DNA of 28,024 bases from Tubiluchus corallicola (taxonomy: Eukaryota > Animalia > Priapulida): the NCBI GenBank assembly GCA_030141605.1, contig JAQGDQ010001720.1, positions 1 to 28,024 of the forward strand. Direction: 5' to 3'. The notes below the pieces were generated by a model that saw only the letters and a program-made list of their open reading frames with translations, was not told where the DNA came from and did not search any database. This document shows positions 25,077 to 28,024 of this stretch, one piece after another. The first letter of the stretch is position 1, and every line of letters starts with the position of its first letter. The translations under genes were made by a program, and so were the position numbers.

Positions 25077-25296
25077 CGACGACAACAATAACAACAACAC
25101 AGTATCAACGACAGCATGAACATGAACAATAACAACAACAATAACAACAGCAGCAACAACAACAGCAACAACAACAACACAGTATCAACAACAACAGCAT
25201 CAACTACAACAGCATCAACAACAACAACAGCATCATCATCATCAACAACAACAACAACAACAACAACAACACAGTATCAACAACAGCATCAACATG

Positions 25297-25361
<65 letters not shown>

Positions 25362-25412
25362 CGACAACAATAACAACAACACAGTATCAACAACAGCATC
25401 AACATGAACAAT

Positions 25413-25448
<36 letters not shown>
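24874..25448. repeat. (CAA)n-based compound microsatellite with an internal block duplication of about 260-290 bp
   Basis: The same order of interruptions (AGCAGC, CAGTATC, CATCATC, ACATGA, ACGAC) occurs twice. Confidence 0.93.
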
Positions 25449-25449
<1 letters not shown>

Positions 25450-25955
25450 TAGAAAACAAAACACCAAAATGACCTAATCATTCATTTATAATTTCACCCG
25501 AGTTGCTCAACAAAGAAAAAAACACGTTTATTAATTGTGTCACAAAATTTTCATTATTTCTAACAAGATGCACTACATGCACACACATTACTCCGCGCAA
25601 ATGTTCATTTTTGTTCACTTTGCCGTTCACCGTTTGCCTGGACATTGAACAATTGTGTTTATGAAAGGAATCCACCCTAGATGTTTTTGAAAAATCGAAG
25701 TTTTGACATTTACAAGTGCCTAATGCAGCACAAGACAGGAAATCTTCAAGTTCTGCTGCATTCTTATCAGGATTATGTTTCAATAGAAACCGTTTAGCTT
25801 CATTGTTGCACTGTATGTCAGAGGGTGATATTTTAGTTTCAAAAACACGGCAAAGATGCATGAATACTTTTAGGAGGGGAGGGGGTTTTCACCGTGGGGG
25901 TGGGAGGGGGTAGTGGGTGGGCTGAATGTTTTAGCAAAGTGATGAAACTGTTTAT

Positions 25956-27379
25956 ATTCTTCGTAAATGGAGTGAGGTGCTACAAGAATTTTGTCTTAGA
26001 GAATTCCGTAAATAAGAAGTCCGTTAAAAAACTAAAAAAGTGGAGTGATAGAAGGTAGAAAAAATGCTTTGTGCTAATGGGTACTACAGTACTTTTCAGA
26101 TAAGAATTTTCTCTTGGAGAATTCCGTAAATAAGAAGTCCGTTAAAAAACTAAAAAAGTGGAGTGATAGAAGAATAGAAAAAATGCTTTGTGCTAATGGG
26201 TACTACAGTACTTTTCAGATAAGAATTTTCTTTTGGAGAATTCCGTAAATAAGAAGTCCGTTAAAAAACTAAAAAAGTGGAGTGATAGAAGAATAGAAAA
26301 AATGCTTTGTGCTAATGGGTGCTACAGTAATTTTCAGGTAAAAATTTTCTCTTGGAGAATTCCGTAAATAAGAAGTCCGTTAAAAAACTAAAAAAGTGGA
26401 GTGATAGAAGAATAGAAAAAATGCTTTGTGCTAATGGGTGCTACAGTAATTTTCAGGTAAAAATTTTCTCTTGGAGAATTCCGTAAATAAGAAGTCCGTT
26501 AAAAAACTAAAAAAGTGGAGTGATAGAAGAATAGAAAAAATGCTTTGTGCTAATGGGTGCTACAGTAATTTTCAGGTAAAAATTTTCTCTTGGAGAATTC
26601 CGTAAATAAGAAGTCCGTTAAAAAACTAAAAAAGTGGAGTGATAGAAGAATAGAAAAAATGCTTTGTGCTAATGGGTGCTACAGTAATTTTCAGGTAAAA
26701 ATTTTCTCTTGGAGAATTCCGTAAATAAGAAGTCCGTTAAAAAACTAAAAAAGTGGAGTGAGAGAAGAATAGAAAAAATGCTTTGTGCTAATGGGTCTTT
26801 GTACAGTAATGTAGTATTTTTTGTCTGTTTTCATTTGAAATTTCCCGCAATACGGACAATACTTCCACCATTACGTGACGTCATATACGCACAGCGTAAA
26901 TCAGGGGAAGAAAAGGAAATGTTAAATTATGACCCCAAAAAATTTTGCATGCAAAGTTATATTACTTAGCATTTATGACTATGTAACTAGAAATAATAAT
27001 TTAAAATGTTCGTGTCAATTGGTAATACGTCGCTGGCTCACCCTCCAGGGTGCACCACTCACAAATCAAAAAACCTATTTTTAATCTTAGTGACAAGATA
27101 CAGTAATTTAAAAATTTTACTTAGTTAGTGACGTGTGCGGTACGAATGCTCTGATTATTTTTTCAAACTTCACTTAATGTTATCTAAACTTGTTTCAAAA
27201 GACCCACCATTAAAATGGCTGCGCCTAACGGTCATCGCGGGAGCTTAAATTTACATGTTTTATACAGCGTTACTGCCGACGCAAGTCCTGTATGCAAAAG
27301 ACAGCATTCAAATGGTATCAAATTTCAAGCTGAATGTTCAAGCTTTATGCAAGTGGGGGGGGGGTTCTTGTGCTTTAAT
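25956..27379 (+). mobile_element. Element A, copy 2, with seven 119-bp units (about 25972-26816)
   Basis: GAATTCC unit marker at 26001, 26119, 26238, 26357, 26476, 26595 and 26714; 26828-27379 aligns with 13942-14509. Confidence 0.9.
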
Positions 27380-27574
27380 CAACTAATGAATTTAATGATT
27401 TGCTCTACAATAAATAACTTTTCCACAAATGCATGGTTGTTCTTCAGCCATAATTTAGTAAACGAAACTACACGAAACACAGTATGATAAGGGCGTGTTC
27501 ACATTGCACACGTTCTGTTCATTACGTTTTATTGCACGCAAAACAGACGAAGCTGAAATTCCAAGTCTGGTGTT

Positions 27575-27676
27575 AGCAAGCAAGCAAACAAGCGAGCAAG
27601 CAAGCAAGCAAGCAGACTAACAAGCAAGCAAGCAAGCAATTTATTGTCATTATAGCTTCATACATACAATGAAATT
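27575..27676 (-). mobile_element. Retroposon 3' end with (TTGC)n tail, Rex/Babar-like
   Basis: Minus strand reads AATTTCATTGTATGTATGAAGCTATAATGACAATAAA-(TTGC)n, resembling my recollection of Rex1/Babar-type ...AATGACAATAAA termini. Confidence 0.55.
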
Positions 27677-27743
27677 TCTGTAGTTTTACTAACTGCAATA
27701 AGTTATGGAAACAACAAGGAGATTAACAGAAATAAGTCAATCA

Positions 27744-28003
27744 GTTGTTCAGTGACGTATTTATAAAATAGTAGACCTTAATGCTGTAGAGAATTCAACG
27801 TAAAGCTCTAAATAAAATTTGATTTATTAGTTTACGTTAATATTTTTAAAATCTTTACTTTATATATAAGTTAATATATAGACAATAAGTTATATATTAG
27901 TTAACTGTATATATATATATAAACTTATATATGAAGTAAGATTTTCAAAATATGGACGCCAATTAATAAATCCAATTTTAGTTAGATCTTTACTTTGAAT
28001 TCT
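27744..28003 (-). mobile_element. Foldback element B, copy 2 (inverted, one arm cut off by (TA)n at the window edge)
   Basis: Reverse complement of about 17514-17804, including the core TACAGTTAACTAATATA. Confidence 0.88.
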
Positions 28004-28024
28004 ATATATATATATATATATATA

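Noticed and set aside
27488-27510. TAA-GGGCGTGTTCACATTG, a Harbinger-like terminus
   Set aside because: No matching opposite end found in the window.

Overview
AT-rich, repeat-dense animal genomic DNA, most likely from an invertebrate (a lophotrochozoan is plausible but cannot be proven from the sequence). It holds one clear gene, Fezf (Fez/earmuff family). Its whole coding sequence, an eh1 motif plus six C2H2 fingers, sits in one exon (acceptor AG at 18634-18635, first in-frame ATG 18660, stop 20292-20294, AATAAA 20476). A CpG-rich promoter-like island with a GTAAGT donor (9683-10266) is the best candidate for an upstream first exon. The rest is microsatellites, minisatellite or satellite arrays (periods 44, 45, 49, 52, 64, 64, 74, 119 and 186 bp), decayed 3' ends of several LINE clades, a three-copy composite interspersed element and a two-copy foldback element. 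I found no unambiguous new biological system. The best leads are a 45-bp array of self-folding units that builds CRE+FOX+SOX sites downstream of Fezf, a satellite overlapping the poly(A) signal, a housekeeping-type promoter apparently feeding Fezf, and a repeat-borne AG|GT splice site in the putative intron. All alignments and counts were made by eye.
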